Below, piece by piece: positions 37,814-47,447 of a DNA stretch of 64,000 nucleotides. The notes beneath the pieces were generated by a model, which worked only from the letters and a program-made list of their open reading frames with translations, searched no databases and was not told where the DNA came from. The stretch is taken from the IMG/VR virus record IMGVR_UViG_3300008952_000012, positions 70,530-134,529 of that record; one strand, given 5' to 3'. Position 1 is the stretch's first letter; each line of letters starts with the position of its first letter. This DNA comes from a virus. The translations under genes were made by a program, and so were the position numbers.

Positions 37814-38419
37814 ATGGATACTAAAGAAAACCAAAAGAAAACGCTTGTCAAAGCGCTTATGAATAAGCTGAGCGCGATGGAGATGCCGGGGAACCAGATG
37901 GGCGGCAAGCCTGCGCCGAACACCGGCTTATTAAAGGCGGACCCCAAGATTCAGGCTGCCGTGGCCGAGGCCAAAAAGATGAATAAGGGCAATTTGGCGA
38001 CCGGTATAAAAGCCGTAGCAGCCAAAAACCAAAAACCGGCCAATCCTGGCGGGCCGATGGGCGGCCCACCACCAAACGTACAAGCGGCACCGCCTGCCGA
38101 CGCCACCACGCCCCCACCTCTCCCTGCGCAGCAGCCGCCCAACCAAGTAGCTGCCCCAGTCAAGAAATCACCCGTTGCGTTGGCTGCTGGCGCAGCCCAA
38201 CCTGCCCCGCCGACCGAGGACCAGAGGAAAGAACAGGCCAAAACTGAGCATACGCAAAGAGCCTTGGTTGCGAACAATTCGGTAGCCCCCGCTCCGCCGC
38301 CCCAGGATATGCAGCAGGTTGCACTGAAGAGACAGAAGGCTACTAAGAAGGGCGGGTCTTTTCAGGCGAGACTAGACAGGGCTCGCGCCCGGGCTGCTCA
38401 AGGCACGGAGACGGCGTAA
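37814..38419 (+). CDS. Pro/Ala/Gln-rich low-complexity protein
   Basis: Composition; tiling. Confidence 0.55.
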   Translation: MDTKENQKKTLVKALMNKLSAMEMPGNQMGGKPAPNTGLLKADPKIQAAVAEAKKMNKGNLATGIKAVAAKNQKPANPGGPMGGPPPNVQAAPPADATTPPPLPAQQPPNQVAAPVKKSPVALAAGAAQPAPPTEDQRKEQAKTEHTQRALVANNSVAPAPPPQDMQQVALKRQKATKKGGSFQARLDRARARAAQGTETA

Positions 38420-40239
38420 TGAGTCTGGGTGACTATCTCCTAAAGTCCGCAGCAGCGGAAAAAACGGAAGGAAAGAAGCCGCATGGCACCGGCATACCTT
38501 CTATGAAGGAGTGGTTCGCCCCATACCCACACCAAAAAAGAGCCATCGATAGGATGTTCGCCAACAAAGGCAAGATCATCCTTGCCCACGAGATGGGTAC
38601 AGGTAAAACCGCTGCATCCATCTACGGGTTTGAGCGGCTACGGCATGAAGGAAAAGCGAAAAGAGCGCTAGTTGTTGTTCCGTCAGGCCTTCGGGCCAAC
38701 TTCGCTGAAGGCGGCGTACAGAAGTTTACGACAAGCTCTGTACAGGTCATCGGGTCACAATCCGAGGTCTCTAAAAAATCTGGCTATGTCCGCCCAGGAA
38801 ACGAAGCCCAGACCGACTACACAATCGTAAGCTACGCCCAGTTCCGTAGAGACCCTGAGGGGTTTATGCAGAGAACCGGGTCGGACACCCTCATACTCGA
38901 TGAGTTCCACAAGACAAGAAACGAGAAAGCGGCAACGTTCAAAGCCGCCCTCGCTGCCAGAAGGTACGCACATAACTTCATGGGCCTGACGGCATCATTG
39001 ATTAACAATAACCCCGGAGAGGTCGCATCACTGATGACCATCTCTGAGAAGAACCGTAGCTTATCCCCCGCTGAGTTCAGGAAAAGATTTACGAAGACCA
39101 TCGGATACACCAAGGGGTTTGGTGGCGGATCGAAGAAGATTAAGGGGTACAAAAACGTAGAAGAGCTAAAGGCTCGGACGCAGCCGAAGATAGATCACGT
39201 ACGCACGCAGGACCTTAAGGGCAAAACAATGCCTCGGAAAGACGTCCAAAACGTAGACGTGGAGATGTCTCCCAAGCAGTACCAGCTTTACCAGCTTGCG
39301 TTAGATAGGCTTGGTCCGCTCAAGGAGCGTGTGCTCCGAAGCGACCCAAACGTGTCAGTCAGGGAAGCCGAGTTCCTGTTCGCCCAGATTTCTGCGGCCA
39401 GACAGGTTGCTAACTCGATGCACACTGCCAGGAAGGACATTACCCCGAAAAGGTCGGCAAAGATTACCCCCAAGGTCCACAGACTACTTGAGGACACCCA
39501 AAAGCACCTGGGTGAGAAAACCGACAACAAGGTTGTGCTTTACTCGAACCTGATCAGGGGCGGGGTTGACGTTCTGTCGGCTGGGCTGAAAGATCGCGGC
39601 ATTGATCATGCAGTGTTCGTCGGAAAAGGCAGAGAGATTGGTGGGAAGAAGATTACTTCCATCCTAAGGCAGCAGGGTGTTAGCGATTACAAGGAAGGCA
39701 AGAAACGGGTTATCGTCCTTAGTGGGGCAGGGGCCGAGGGGCTGGACCTAAAAAACTCTACGGCGTTCTACGCCCTAGATGGCCACTTTAACCCACAAAA
39801 AGTTCTTCAAGCAGAAGGCAGAGCCAGAAGGCTTGGCGGACAATCCCACAGGCCTGAGACAGAAAGAGCCGTTGATGTTAGACGCTATCGAAGCACGGTC
39901 CCAGAAGAATCTAAGCCTGGGGTTATAGGCAGGTTCTTCGGCAAAAAAACCCCGAAAACCACAGACCAGTGGATGTCTGATGTGGCCGGGAGAAAGTATA
40001 GGGAACAGGAGCAGTTCTATAAGGCTTTCCGGGAGCCGCCGAAACACATTTATAAGTACAGAGATAAGAACGGGAGGGTTCGTTATGTTTACCCCAAGAA
40101 GCCAAAAGGGCAGAAAAGCAAACCTGGAATTTTCTCCAGACTTTTCTCCAGAAAGCCCTCCATCCCAACTCCTGAACAAGTTGGGCGTACGACAGGTACC
40201 CAGCTTGCGCTTAGCTCAAGACCACCAACGGTGTCTTGA
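38419..40239 (+). CDS. SNF2-family helicase/ATPase
   Basis: HEMGTGKT, LILDEFH, GLTAS..NN, SGAGAEGLDL, QAEGRARR. Confidence 0.9.
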   Translation: MSLGDYLLKSAAAEKTEGKKPHGTGIPSMKEWFAPYPHQKRAIDRMFANKGKIILAHEMGTGKTAASIYGFERLRHEGKAKRALVVVPSGLRANFAEGGVQKFTTSSVQVIGSQSEVSKKSGYVRPGNEAQTDYTIVSYAQFRRDPEGFMQRTGSDTLILDEFHKTRNEKAATFKAALAARRYAHNFMGLTASLINNNPGEVASLMTISEKNRSLSPAEFRKRFTKTIGYTKGFGGGSKKIKGYKNVEELKARTQPKIDHVRTQDLKGKTMPRKDVQNVDVEMSPKQYQLYQLALDRLGPLKERVLRSDPNVSVREAEFLFAQISAARQVANSMHTARKDITPKRSAKITPKVHRLLEDTQKHLGEKTDNKVVLYSNLIRGGVDVLSAGLKDRGIDHAVFVGKGREIGGKKITSILRQQGVSDYKEGKKRVIVLSGAGAEGLDLKNSTAFYALDGHFNPQKVLQAEGRARRLGGQSHRPETERAVDVRRYRSTVPEESKPGVIGRFFGKKTPKTTDQWMSDVAGRKYREQEQFYKAFREPPKHIYKYRDKNGRVRYVYPKKPKGQKSKPGIFSRLFSRKPSIPTPEQVGRTTGTQLALSSRPPTVS

Positions 40240-40369
40240 TTGTGTGCAGTTTGTTTATGCCGCTGGTCGTTCCCATAAGGGTGATGGGGAATGTTCTCTA
40301 CACCGCACACCGGTTCGGGAAGACTTTACGTGCGATTCCTGGAAAGCGGTCAGCGATGACGAAGAGTGA
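40181..40369 (+). CDS. Small Cys-rich ORF overlapping the SNF2 3' end in another frame
   Basis: PSLRLAQDHQRCLDCVQF..GECSLH..V.EDFTCDSW; start (TTG) uncertain. Confidence 0.45.
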   Translation: MGVRQVPSLRLAQDHQRCLDCVQFVYAAGRSHKGDGECSLHRTPVREDFTCDSWKAVSDDEE

Positions 40370-40547
40370 TTACAACAGTACCGGCCTTCTTATTGACCGA
40401 GATCTTGGCGCGTGGGATGAAATCTTTGACTAATTGTATTACCAATTGTTTATTATGCTGTGATATTGGTGGCCACAGCTTTAGCACGTAGGTGTTCTCG
40501 TCTGTATGAGTGTATTCGATAAAATCATTACCGACCGCTCTAGACAA
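40350..40547 (-). CDS. Possible small antisense ORF filling the gap before terminase
   Basis: Protein-like composition, but no RBS. Confidence 0.3.
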   Translation of the reverse strand: MSRAVGNDFIEYTHTDENTYVLKLWPPISQHNKQLVIQLVKDFIPRAKISVNKKAGTVVITLRHR

Positions 40548-42210
40548 CGAGCCCGCAAACTTATGGATGGTTTCCTTGGCAATGTCGCTCCCGTATGAAA
40601 TAGCAGAGGATAACCCCGAACGGTCCTCACTGTTCCCTTCAGAATTTGTTGGGTCCTTTTTCAGAATTCCCTCCTTGGGCGAGCTTGAGCGGTTTTCGTT
40701 TAAGGGCAGGCGCTACCTCGTGCCCATATATGACACCCCAGCACAGAGGCTACTGCTTCAGTGTGGTCGTCAGGTTGAGAAGAGTACAACTCTTGGAAAT
40801 ATTATACTAACATATTCTTTGTTACGTAGGCACTTCAGGTCTCTGTTTGTGAGTCCCACACAGCAGCAGACTGAGACATTCTCCCGCGACAGAATCGCCA
40901 CGCCTACTGAACTATCGGATACTCTGAAAGCATTTACGCGTGGTGATGGGACCAAAGACAACGTGCTTTACAAAAAGTACGTAACTGGGTCCGACATCAC
41001 TCTCCGGTACGCCTTTCTTCATGCTGACCGTGTTCGTGGTATTTCGGCAGATATGCTTCTTCTGGATGAGATCCAGGATATTTTGACCGACGTTATCCCT
41101 GTTATCGAGGAAGCGCTGTCCCACTCCCCGTTTAAGATACTTAGGTACTCAGGGACGCCCAAGAGTTTAGACAATACGATTAGTTACTACTGGAACCAGT
41201 TCTCTACCCAGAATGAATGGGTCATCCCGTGCGAGAGATGTAATAAGTGGAACATGATCGGTGAGAACAACATTGGGGACCACGGGCTTATTTGCGAGAA
41301 GTGCGGGAAGGGTATCTCGGCTGATCACCCAAAAGCGCGGTGGGCATCCATGCGATCACCGGCGTGGCTAAGAAATCCGCCGGTCAAGGAGCCATTCGAG
41401 GGGTATAGAATACCCCAGGTCATAGCTCCATGGGTTAACTGGGGCGATATTCTTGATAAGCGGAAGCGCTATACGAGGGCCCAGTTTTTCAACGAAGTTC
41501 TCGGCCTTGGTTATGACTCTGGGGAGAAACCCATAACCAGGGAGTTGCTCATAGATCACTGTTCCAACGAGCGTAATGACCTTGAAACAGCAGTGAAAAT
41601 CAGTTCCCGTGGAACCGGGAGTTGCTGCATCGGGATTGACTGGGGGACCGGCGAGAATACGTACACCGTCTTAACGGTTGGTAAGTACTTCGCTAATAAG
41701 TTCAGGTTTATCTATTTTAAACGATTTGAGGGGCCTGAAGCTGAGCCCGAGCCCATGATGAACAAGATCATCAACCTTGTGCACACATTTAAGGCGGAGT
41801 GTGTTGGGGTTGACTACGGCGGAGGTTTTGACAGGAACGACAAGTTGATACGAACGCTGGGGCTGACACGTATCGCAAGATATCAGTATGTAAATACACG
41901 ACGTATATACTTCGACAAAACGCTCGCACGGTTTATGGTTAATAGGACGGAGGCACTGATGGCGGTCATTAATGCCCTCAACCGGAAAGATACATTTCAA
42001 CTTCCTAGTTGGGAGTCTTTCGAGACACCCTACGCAAGCGACCTTCTTTCAGTATTTACTGAGTACAACGAGGCACGAAGAACGACTATTGTTAATAAGA
42101 CACCGGGCACAACGGACGATACATTGCATGCAATGACTTACTGTTTTCTGGCGTCTATGATAAAGCACCCAAGACCTGATATTATAGCCCCGAGTGGAGA
42201 CAGAGACTAA
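40510..42210 (+). CDS. terL: Terminase large subunit (true start may be the ATG at 40582)
   Basis: GRQVEKST, RVRGISAD.LLLDEIQD, YSGTPK, CxxC..CxxC insert, nuclease IGIDWG and DDTLHA. Confidence 0.9.
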   Translation: MYSIKSLPTALDNEPANLWMVSLAMSLPYEIAEDNPERSSLFPSEFVGSFFRIPSLGELERFSFKGRRYLVPIYDTPAQRLLLQCGRQVEKSTTLGNIILTYSLLRRHFRSLFVSPTQQQTETFSRDRIATPTELSDTLKAFTRGDGTKDNVLYKKYVTGSDITLRYAFLHADRVRGISADMLLLDEIQDILTDVIPVIEEALSHSPFKILRYSGTPKSLDNTISYYWNQFSTQNEWVIPCERCNKWNMIGENNIGDHGLICEKCGKGISADHPKARWASMRSPAWLRNPPVKEPFEGYRIPQVIAPWVNWGDILDKRKRYTRAQFFNEVLGLGYDSGEKPITRELLIDHCSNERNDLETAVKISSRGTGSCCIGIDWGTGENTYTVLTVGKYFANKFRFIYFKRFEGPEAEPEPMMNKIINLVHTFKAECVGVDYGGGFDRNDKLIRTLGLTRIARYQYVNTRRIYFDKTLARFMVNRTEALMAVINALNRKDTFQLPSWESFETPYASDLLSVFTEYNEARRTTIVNKTPGTTDDTLHAMTYCFLASMIKHPRPDIIAPSGDRD

Positions 42211-42768
42211 ATGTTCGCTAAACACGCCAAACTCAAATCTTTGCTAAAAGCAAAGCTACGTGAGGCGGGGCTTTTGAAAAAGCTCCGGGCGGGGGAACTG
42301 AAGTTCCCGGACGCTAGTAGTAAGTCTACGCTTTTCGCTGTCCCGGACTCCCTAAAAAATGTTCGAGGCCTTACTCCAGATGACTTAGCTAAGATCAAAA
42401 AGCATCATTACGGGAGGGCGGCTGCCAGGAACCCAGATAAAGGTTTTGCTGGAGCAGTAAGTGAACTTGGGGAAAAGGGTGTTATATCAGAGGGTGATAT
42501 GATTCGATTAATAAACGAACACCCGCACTGGGCAAATCTTGCTCAGGGGCTTCAGGCCAAAGGTCTTCCAACTAAATCCTTAGGCGTTACCGCTAAGGAT
42601 ATGAAGGATCATGGCCCTGGCGTCAGTGCCTTTGGTGAGGTGGTCACGAGAGATCTTGTAAAAGGCCTTGGCGATGCCCTGAAACCAATAAGGGGCAAGT
42701 TGCAGGGCAAAAAGATAAATATCAACATCCGGAGCGCCGGAGAGCCGCACCTACGGGTAGTTAAATAG
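42211..42768 (+). CDS. Basic hypothetical protein with N-terminal AKHA motif
   Basis: Tiling after terL. Confidence 0.55.
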   Translation: MFAKHAKLKSLLKAKLREAGLLKKLRAGELKFPDASSKSTLFAVPDSLKNVRGLTPDDLAKIKKHHYGRAAARNPDKGFAGAVSELGEKGVISEGDMIRLINEHPHWANLAQGLQAKGLPTKSLGVTAKDMKDHGPGVSAFGEVVTRDLVKGLGDALKPIRGKLQGKKININIRSAGEPHLRVVK

Positions 42769-42780
42769 AAGGGGTAAATC

Positions 42781-43842
42781 ATGGATTTTGTTCAGTATCT
42801 GTCTTCAAAGGAAGACGCAGGCGTGTCTCCCGAAAGCCTAAGACAGCTTGGTAGTAGAGCCGCCGCTAGGTTTGTTCAGGAGAAGACACCCCTCAACACG
42901 TCTATTTCAGAAATGGCCAAAGAGGCCTCACTGAATCTTGAGCAGGTACGGCGCGTTGCTGAGTACGCTAATAACGCTACGTTTGCACACCTGTTTAAGA
43001 ATGGGTATGAGAAGAACATTACGTTTCCTATGGCAGACGCTGCTGCGGTTATGCAGGAAAAGGATTCTTCTGTTGTGAAGACCGCGACCGCCGATGCGCG
43101 ACGACTGCTCACTGGGAAATATATCCCCGGGCAAGAGTACGTTAGCATTGACGATGCTTTTGGAGTATCCGAGGATATGGAAAAGGCAGCGGGCCTGTCT
43201 GAAACGGAACGTCATGTGAAAGCATTAGAGTTTTTAGACCTAAAAAGGGAGTCTGATAGGCTGGACAGCGAAATAAAGCTCGCTGCCGATGAGTTCGCGC
43301 TCAAGCTTCACAATCTTAAAGATTTGTGCAAGGAGGCGTCCAATAGTGGCTTCACCCCAAGTACTATTGGCGCGGCAATTGAGGCGGCACACCCCTCCGA
43401 TGGTCTCCTCGCTGTCATCAAAACTGACTTCGAGGATGCGGTTTCGTTCGGGCATATGGACAAGCTTGCCTTTGGCGGCATGGCCGTTATGCCCGGAAAT
43501 CCCGTAACAGGTCTCACGCAAGATCTAGAAGGCGTTAGCGGTAAATTAGTTACTGCCCAGCAAGCAATGCACAGAGTTCAAATGGCTATGACCGAGCTAC
43601 TCGGAATCTTACGCGGGCCTGCCCCAGGAAGCGAGATGGCCAACACAGTCTTCAACCCAGGCGGAATGGGCTCTCAGCCCGCACCTCCCCCCGGGGCTCC
43701 GGTTGGTCCGCCGGGAACGGCTCCTTCCCAAGCAGCCCCTCCCCAGTCTCCCGCTTCAGCCGGAGCCCCTCCTTCACCCGAAGCGCCCGCAGTGCCACAG
43801 GGCCAAGCGGGTCTGGGTCAGTTATTTGGGGGTAATAAATGA
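42781..43842 (+). CDS. Putative head/internal protein with five K-x-A motifs and Pro-rich tail
   Basis: AKEAS, VKTAT, EKAAG, CKEAS, DKLAF. Confidence 0.55.
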   Translation: MDFVQYLSSKEDAGVSPESLRQLGSRAAARFVQEKTPLNTSISEMAKEASLNLEQVRRVAEYANNATFAHLFKNGYEKNITFPMADAAAVMQEKDSSVVKTATADARRLLTGKYIPGQEYVSIDDAFGVSEDMEKAAGLSETERHVKALEFLDLKRESDRLDSEIKLAADEFALKLHNLKDLCKEASNSGFTPSTIGAAIEAAHPSDGLLAVIKTDFEDAVSFGHMDKLAFGGMAVMPGNPVTGLTQDLEGVSGKLVTAQQAMHRVQMAMTELLGILRGPAPGSEMANTVFNPGGMGSQPAPPPGAPVGPPGTAPSQAAPPQSPASAGAPPSPEAPAVPQGQAGLGQLFGGNK

Positions 43843-44510
43843 TCGATCCCGGTCGAAAAATCATTCTCTTAGAGCGGCTTGAGAAGCATGCCGCCGCTGG
43901 AGACACCTGGGACAACCTTCTATCTTCTATTAAGGGTGGAGTTAACCGGGCTAAGAATGCACCAATCCTTGGCGGCGCTTCAGCAAAAGCTATGTATGAC
44001 AGAGCAGGGCAAGCTGCTTGGTCTGGGCCGTCTAAAACGCTTGCTTACCCTTTTAAATCAGGTACCGAGCGAGTCAAGGAGCTTCTTCTCGGGGAGAAAG
44101 CCACGTCTGGCCCCCACAAAGGGAAAAGACTCCAGCCTGTTCCTGGAGGTCCTAGCGGGTACCACGGCGGACTTAAGGTAATCGAAAAAGCTGAGTATGA
44201 CGCAATCAAGGGCGGAACAAAGGCTGGTGAGGTTACGGCAAGTAAGATCGGTGGGAAGACCTTTTACTTCAAACGTAAGTTTAGGCCGGGTGGCTTAGCC
44301 GGTGTAGTTATGCGTCACCCTGGGAAATCTGCTCTTGGGGCTCTTGCCCTGTACTGGTTATCTAAGAAAGATAACCGACAAGCTGCTGGACAGGCTGCTC
44401 AAGGGATGCTCCCAAAGATGCCTAGCGGCCCAACAGAGGACGCCCAGAAAGAGTGGTCGCAGCAACTGTCTTACAAGAATCCTCTGTCAGCACAAGCGTG
44501 GGGGAGCTAA
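43839..44510 (+). CDS. Basic Gly-rich protein, candidate internal/ejection protein
   Basis: N-terminal LEKHAA; hydrophobic SALGALALYWL segment. Confidence 0.55.
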   Translation: MIDPGRKIILLERLEKHAAAGDTWDNLLSSIKGGVNRAKNAPILGGASAKAMYDRAGQAAWSGPSKTLAYPFKSGTERVKELLLGEKATSGPHKGKRLQPVPGGPSGYHGGLKVIEKAEYDAIKGGTKAGEVTASKIGGKTFYFKRKFRPGGLAGVVMRHPGKSALGALALYWLSKKDNRQAAGQAAQGMLPKMPSGPTEDAQKEWSQQLSYKNPLSAQAWGS

Positions 44511-45070
44511 TGGACAACGAAACCAGACAATATCTTTTGGAAAAGCTTGGCGCGGCTCTCGCCGCCAAGGAGGTAGAAATGGACAAGGAAGCCAAGTTTA
44601 GTCTTATGAAGGCGCTTAAGAACTCTGGTATCGCCCGCATGTATCGTGGGGCGCTCGGACCACCGAACAGCAGCGTAAGAGAGGGCTTAAAGAAGGCTCT
44701 CGTTTGGGGAACGGGAGCGGCTGGGCTCACCGCTGGTATTCGCGGCATGGACCATGCGATTGATTCCGTTCGGACACCCATGCATAAGAAGAAGGCCTTC
44801 AATGACATGATGGATGACAATCCGAAGCTTAAGAAAGAAAACCCGAAAGACGTAGCAAGAATTTTTAATACCCTGCACACCTTTAATCCGGTCATGGCTG
44901 GCGACCCGTTGGTGGCCGGGTCTTTCATGCGAAGAGCGCTTCAGTTCAAAGAAGAAGGGTTACAGCCGGTAGACGTCAAGACCTTGGCAGAGGTTCGGAA
45001 GCTACACAGTGACGGGAAGCGTAAAGAAACCCTTCTTCAGTCTATGTTTGGTTCTAGCCTGCCAGGGTAA
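44510..45070 (+). CDS. Candidate internal/ejection protein
   Basis: TAATG coupling; LEKLGA and DKEA; hydrophobic ALVWGTGAAGLTAGI. Confidence 0.55.
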   Translation: MDNETRQYLLEKLGAALAAKEVEMDKEAKFSLMKALKNSGIARMYRGALGPPNSSVREGLKKALVWGTGAAGLTAGIRGMDHAIDSVRTPMHKKKAFNDMMDDNPKLKKENPKDVARIFNTLHTFNPVMAGDPLVAGSFMRRALQFKEEGLQPVDVKTLAEVRKLHSDGKRKETLLQSMFGSSLPG

Positions 45071-45078
45071 AAGAAGAC

Positions 45079-45765
45079 ATGAGTGATGGTCGTAAAAAGA
45101 ACAATTTTAGTGAGTCTAGGGCTGCCGAGTTTTTGGCGTCCACGCCGGGGAAGGGTCTGTCCGCAGCCGCCTTCTCTGCGGCCTCGCTGTTCGCTTTACG
45201 AAAGATTCTTCGTACAAGAAGCATCAATAAGCGTCTTCCAAAGATTTTCAAAGATCCTAAGGGAGAAATCAGAGGTCTTTCTAACAAAGATACAGCGAGC
45301 GCAGCGGCTTTTTCTGGCGGGCTTGGAGCTTTGTTTGCTGAACCGGATAAGTCTACTTACGCAAACAATCTACATAAACGACTTCTTTCGGGCGGGAAGC
45401 TCAGTAAATCTGAAAAGAAATACATTGTCGGAGACCTCAGACCCCGAAGGAAGAAAAAGTCCAAAACTGGGTTTGGGGACGTATATTGGTCACCCTCAAA
45501 ATGGGGCGCTGCAAGTGCGGCCTTTTCCGGGCTTGGCGAGCTTGCTTCCAAAAAAGATGGGGCAAAAGGGTTTGCGTTTACTCCTAGGAAGGCTGGCGCA
45601 GCGGCGCTATTATCCTTCCCCACTATGTATGGGGAGGGTAAGTTGAGAAAAGCGATACAGACTAGGGCGCTATCTAGCAGGCTTAGCAAGGGGAAAGACC
45701 TTCTACCGGCGGAGCTTAGTCTTCTCAAAACAATGAGAAAGATTAAGGCAGAGGGTGGGAAATAA
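45079..45765 (+). CDS. Highly basic protein with repeated SAA(A)FS hydrophobic segments
   Basis: SAAAFS twice, SAAFS once. Confidence 0.55.
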   Translation: MSDGRKKNNFSESRAAEFLASTPGKGLSAAAFSAASLFALRKILRTRSINKRLPKIFKDPKGEIRGLSNKDTASAAAFSGGLGALFAEPDKSTYANNLHKRLLSGGKLSKSEKKYIVGDLRPRRKKKSKTGFGDVYWSPSKWGAASAAFSGLGELASKKDGAKGFAFTPRKAGAAALLSFPTMYGEGKLRKAIQTRALSSRLSKGKDLLPAELSLLKTMRKIKAEGGK

Positions 45766-47447
45766 TGCTTAAGCTTCTTACATTCCCGGGATCAGACGAT
45801 GACGGAAACATCTTCGTCCAAGCTATCAAGCCTTCCGACGATCTCACGAAGGTCGCAGACGGAAGCCTTTCCCCTGAGATATCTAACTATATAGGGACGT
45901 TATCGAGTAGCCCGTCTTGCCTGTTTATTCTTGTCAACGCCCTTGGCGCTGGGGAGTATTATGGCAGTAATATTAACGGTGATTACTTCGAGGAGTCTGA
46001 ACTGAGCCCTAAGGTTCCTACAGACCTAGCCGGGTACAAGACATTTTCTAACGCTGGTATTTACCGACACCACAAGAACAAAGACATCACCAAGTCTATG
46101 GGCAAGGTGGTGTTCTCTAATTACAACCCAGTTATGCACAGGGTTGAGTTAATCATCCGCATGGACAGGGAAAAGGCTGAGCAAGAGGGCCATGGGGACT
46201 TGGTTCGCCGCCTTGATGCCGGAGAGAGCCCAGCGGTTAGCATGGGGTGCAAGGTTAAATATGACGTGTGCTCGATCTGTGGGCATAAATCTAAAACCAG
46301 GGCAGACTACTGCGTCCACACAAAGACCATGATGGGGAAGGTGTTCCCGGACGGTCGCAAAGTCTTTGTATATAACCCAAGACCCCGGTTTTTTGACCTT
46401 AGCTTTGTTGTTATCGGGGCTGATAGGACTAGCTACGCCATGGCAAAGGTGGCTTCTGTCTTGGGCGGCTCCTCTGCCTACGCTGCTGAAGTAGAGAACT
46501 TGCGCGACGGGGATACACTAAGCCGTCTTAAAGAGAAGCTGGCTAAGAAACAAAAAGTCTCGCAGATCCTGAAACAGGTCCCTGCAATGTCTGCTAAGGT
46601 TCTTCCGCCTATAACGAATTCGGAGCCTAGCCTTGGGTGTTCTTGCCTTAATAGGCTTGGGGGTCATCCGGTATCAAAAGTTTTAACAACCTCTGCCTCT
46701 AGTGGGATTGTATTGAAGCCCCAGGAGTTCCAGAGAATCATTCTGGTCCGAATGGGACACAGGCCACTGGCCGACAAACTTGACAGCATGGGGCAAATTT
46801 TTCCAGAATCGCCGCACGTTGATCGAAGTATTGTTTTGGGCAGGCCACATGATCATTCGCACCGAATCAGAGATTTGTTAATGAATATTCTCCAACAAAG
46901 GAGTATGTTCAGCCCGGTATTGCGGAAACGCATTATTGTTATTAAGAGAATGGGGCCTTCTACAGAGGGTCACCCCCAGCATATGCTAGGGATGCGGAAA
47001 TTAAGTGGCATTAATGATACCAATCTATCAAGTGGGGAAAAGGCTCTTCTTAATAAGATCGGTGCAAGTTACAATGGTTACCGCGAACAACTATTAGAGA
47101 AAATAGGCTCTATAGTTGATAATATAACGAGAGGTGATATAAAATTGCTTTCTGCAATAGACAATGGCACAGGGTTAGAAGACGCGTTTACCGGAGGGAA
47201 AATGACTAAAGAAGCATCGCTGCCGTTTGCTTTGTTAGGCGTTCTCCCCATGGCGTATCTTTACGGGGCCCACGCAAGAAAACAGCGAGGTCGCGGCGAA
47301 CCCCTTAGTGCTCTTGATAAATTTGTAGAAAAACATCCGGTTTTGGCATCATCTGTCTTCCTTGGGCTAACTCGCATGGGCGCAAAAATGCAATCTGCGG
47401 GGTTGTTCAAAAAGGGACTGGAGAAACTCCTTGCCAAAATCGACTAA
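45765..47447 (+). CDS. Prohead (capsid maturation) protease, HK97/assemblin-type, with zinc finger and long C-terminal extension
   Basis: IYRHH (His), AVSMGC (Ser), CSICGH..YCVH, FDLSFV..GAD; upstream of scaffold-like and capsid genes. Confidence 0.75.
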   Translation: MLKLLTFPGSDDDGNIFVQAIKPSDDLTKVADGSLSPEISNYIGTLSSSPSCLFILVNALGAGEYYGSNINGDYFEESELSPKVPTDLAGYKTFSNAGIYRHHKNKDITKSMGKVVFSNYNPVMHRVELIIRMDREKAEQEGHGDLVRRLDAGESPAVSMGCKVKYDVCSICGHKSKTRADYCVHTKTMMGKVFPDGRKVFVYNPRPRFFDLSFVVIGADRTSYAMAKVASVLGGSSAYAAEVENLRDGDTLSRLKEKLAKKQKVSQILKQVPAMSAKVLPPITNSEPSLGCSCLNRLGGHPVSKVLTTSASSGIVLKPQEFQRIILVRMGHRPLADKLDSMGQIFPESPHVDRSIVLGRPHDHSHRIRDLLMNILQQRSMFSPVLRKRIIVIKRMGPSTEGHPQHMLGMRKLSGINDTNLSSGEKALLNKIGASYNGYREQLLEKIGSIVDNITRGDIKLLSAIDNGTGLEDAFTGGKMTKEASLPFALLGVLPMAYLYGAHARKQRGRGEPLSALDKFVEKHPVLASSVFLGLTRMGAKMQSAGLFKKGLEKLLAKID

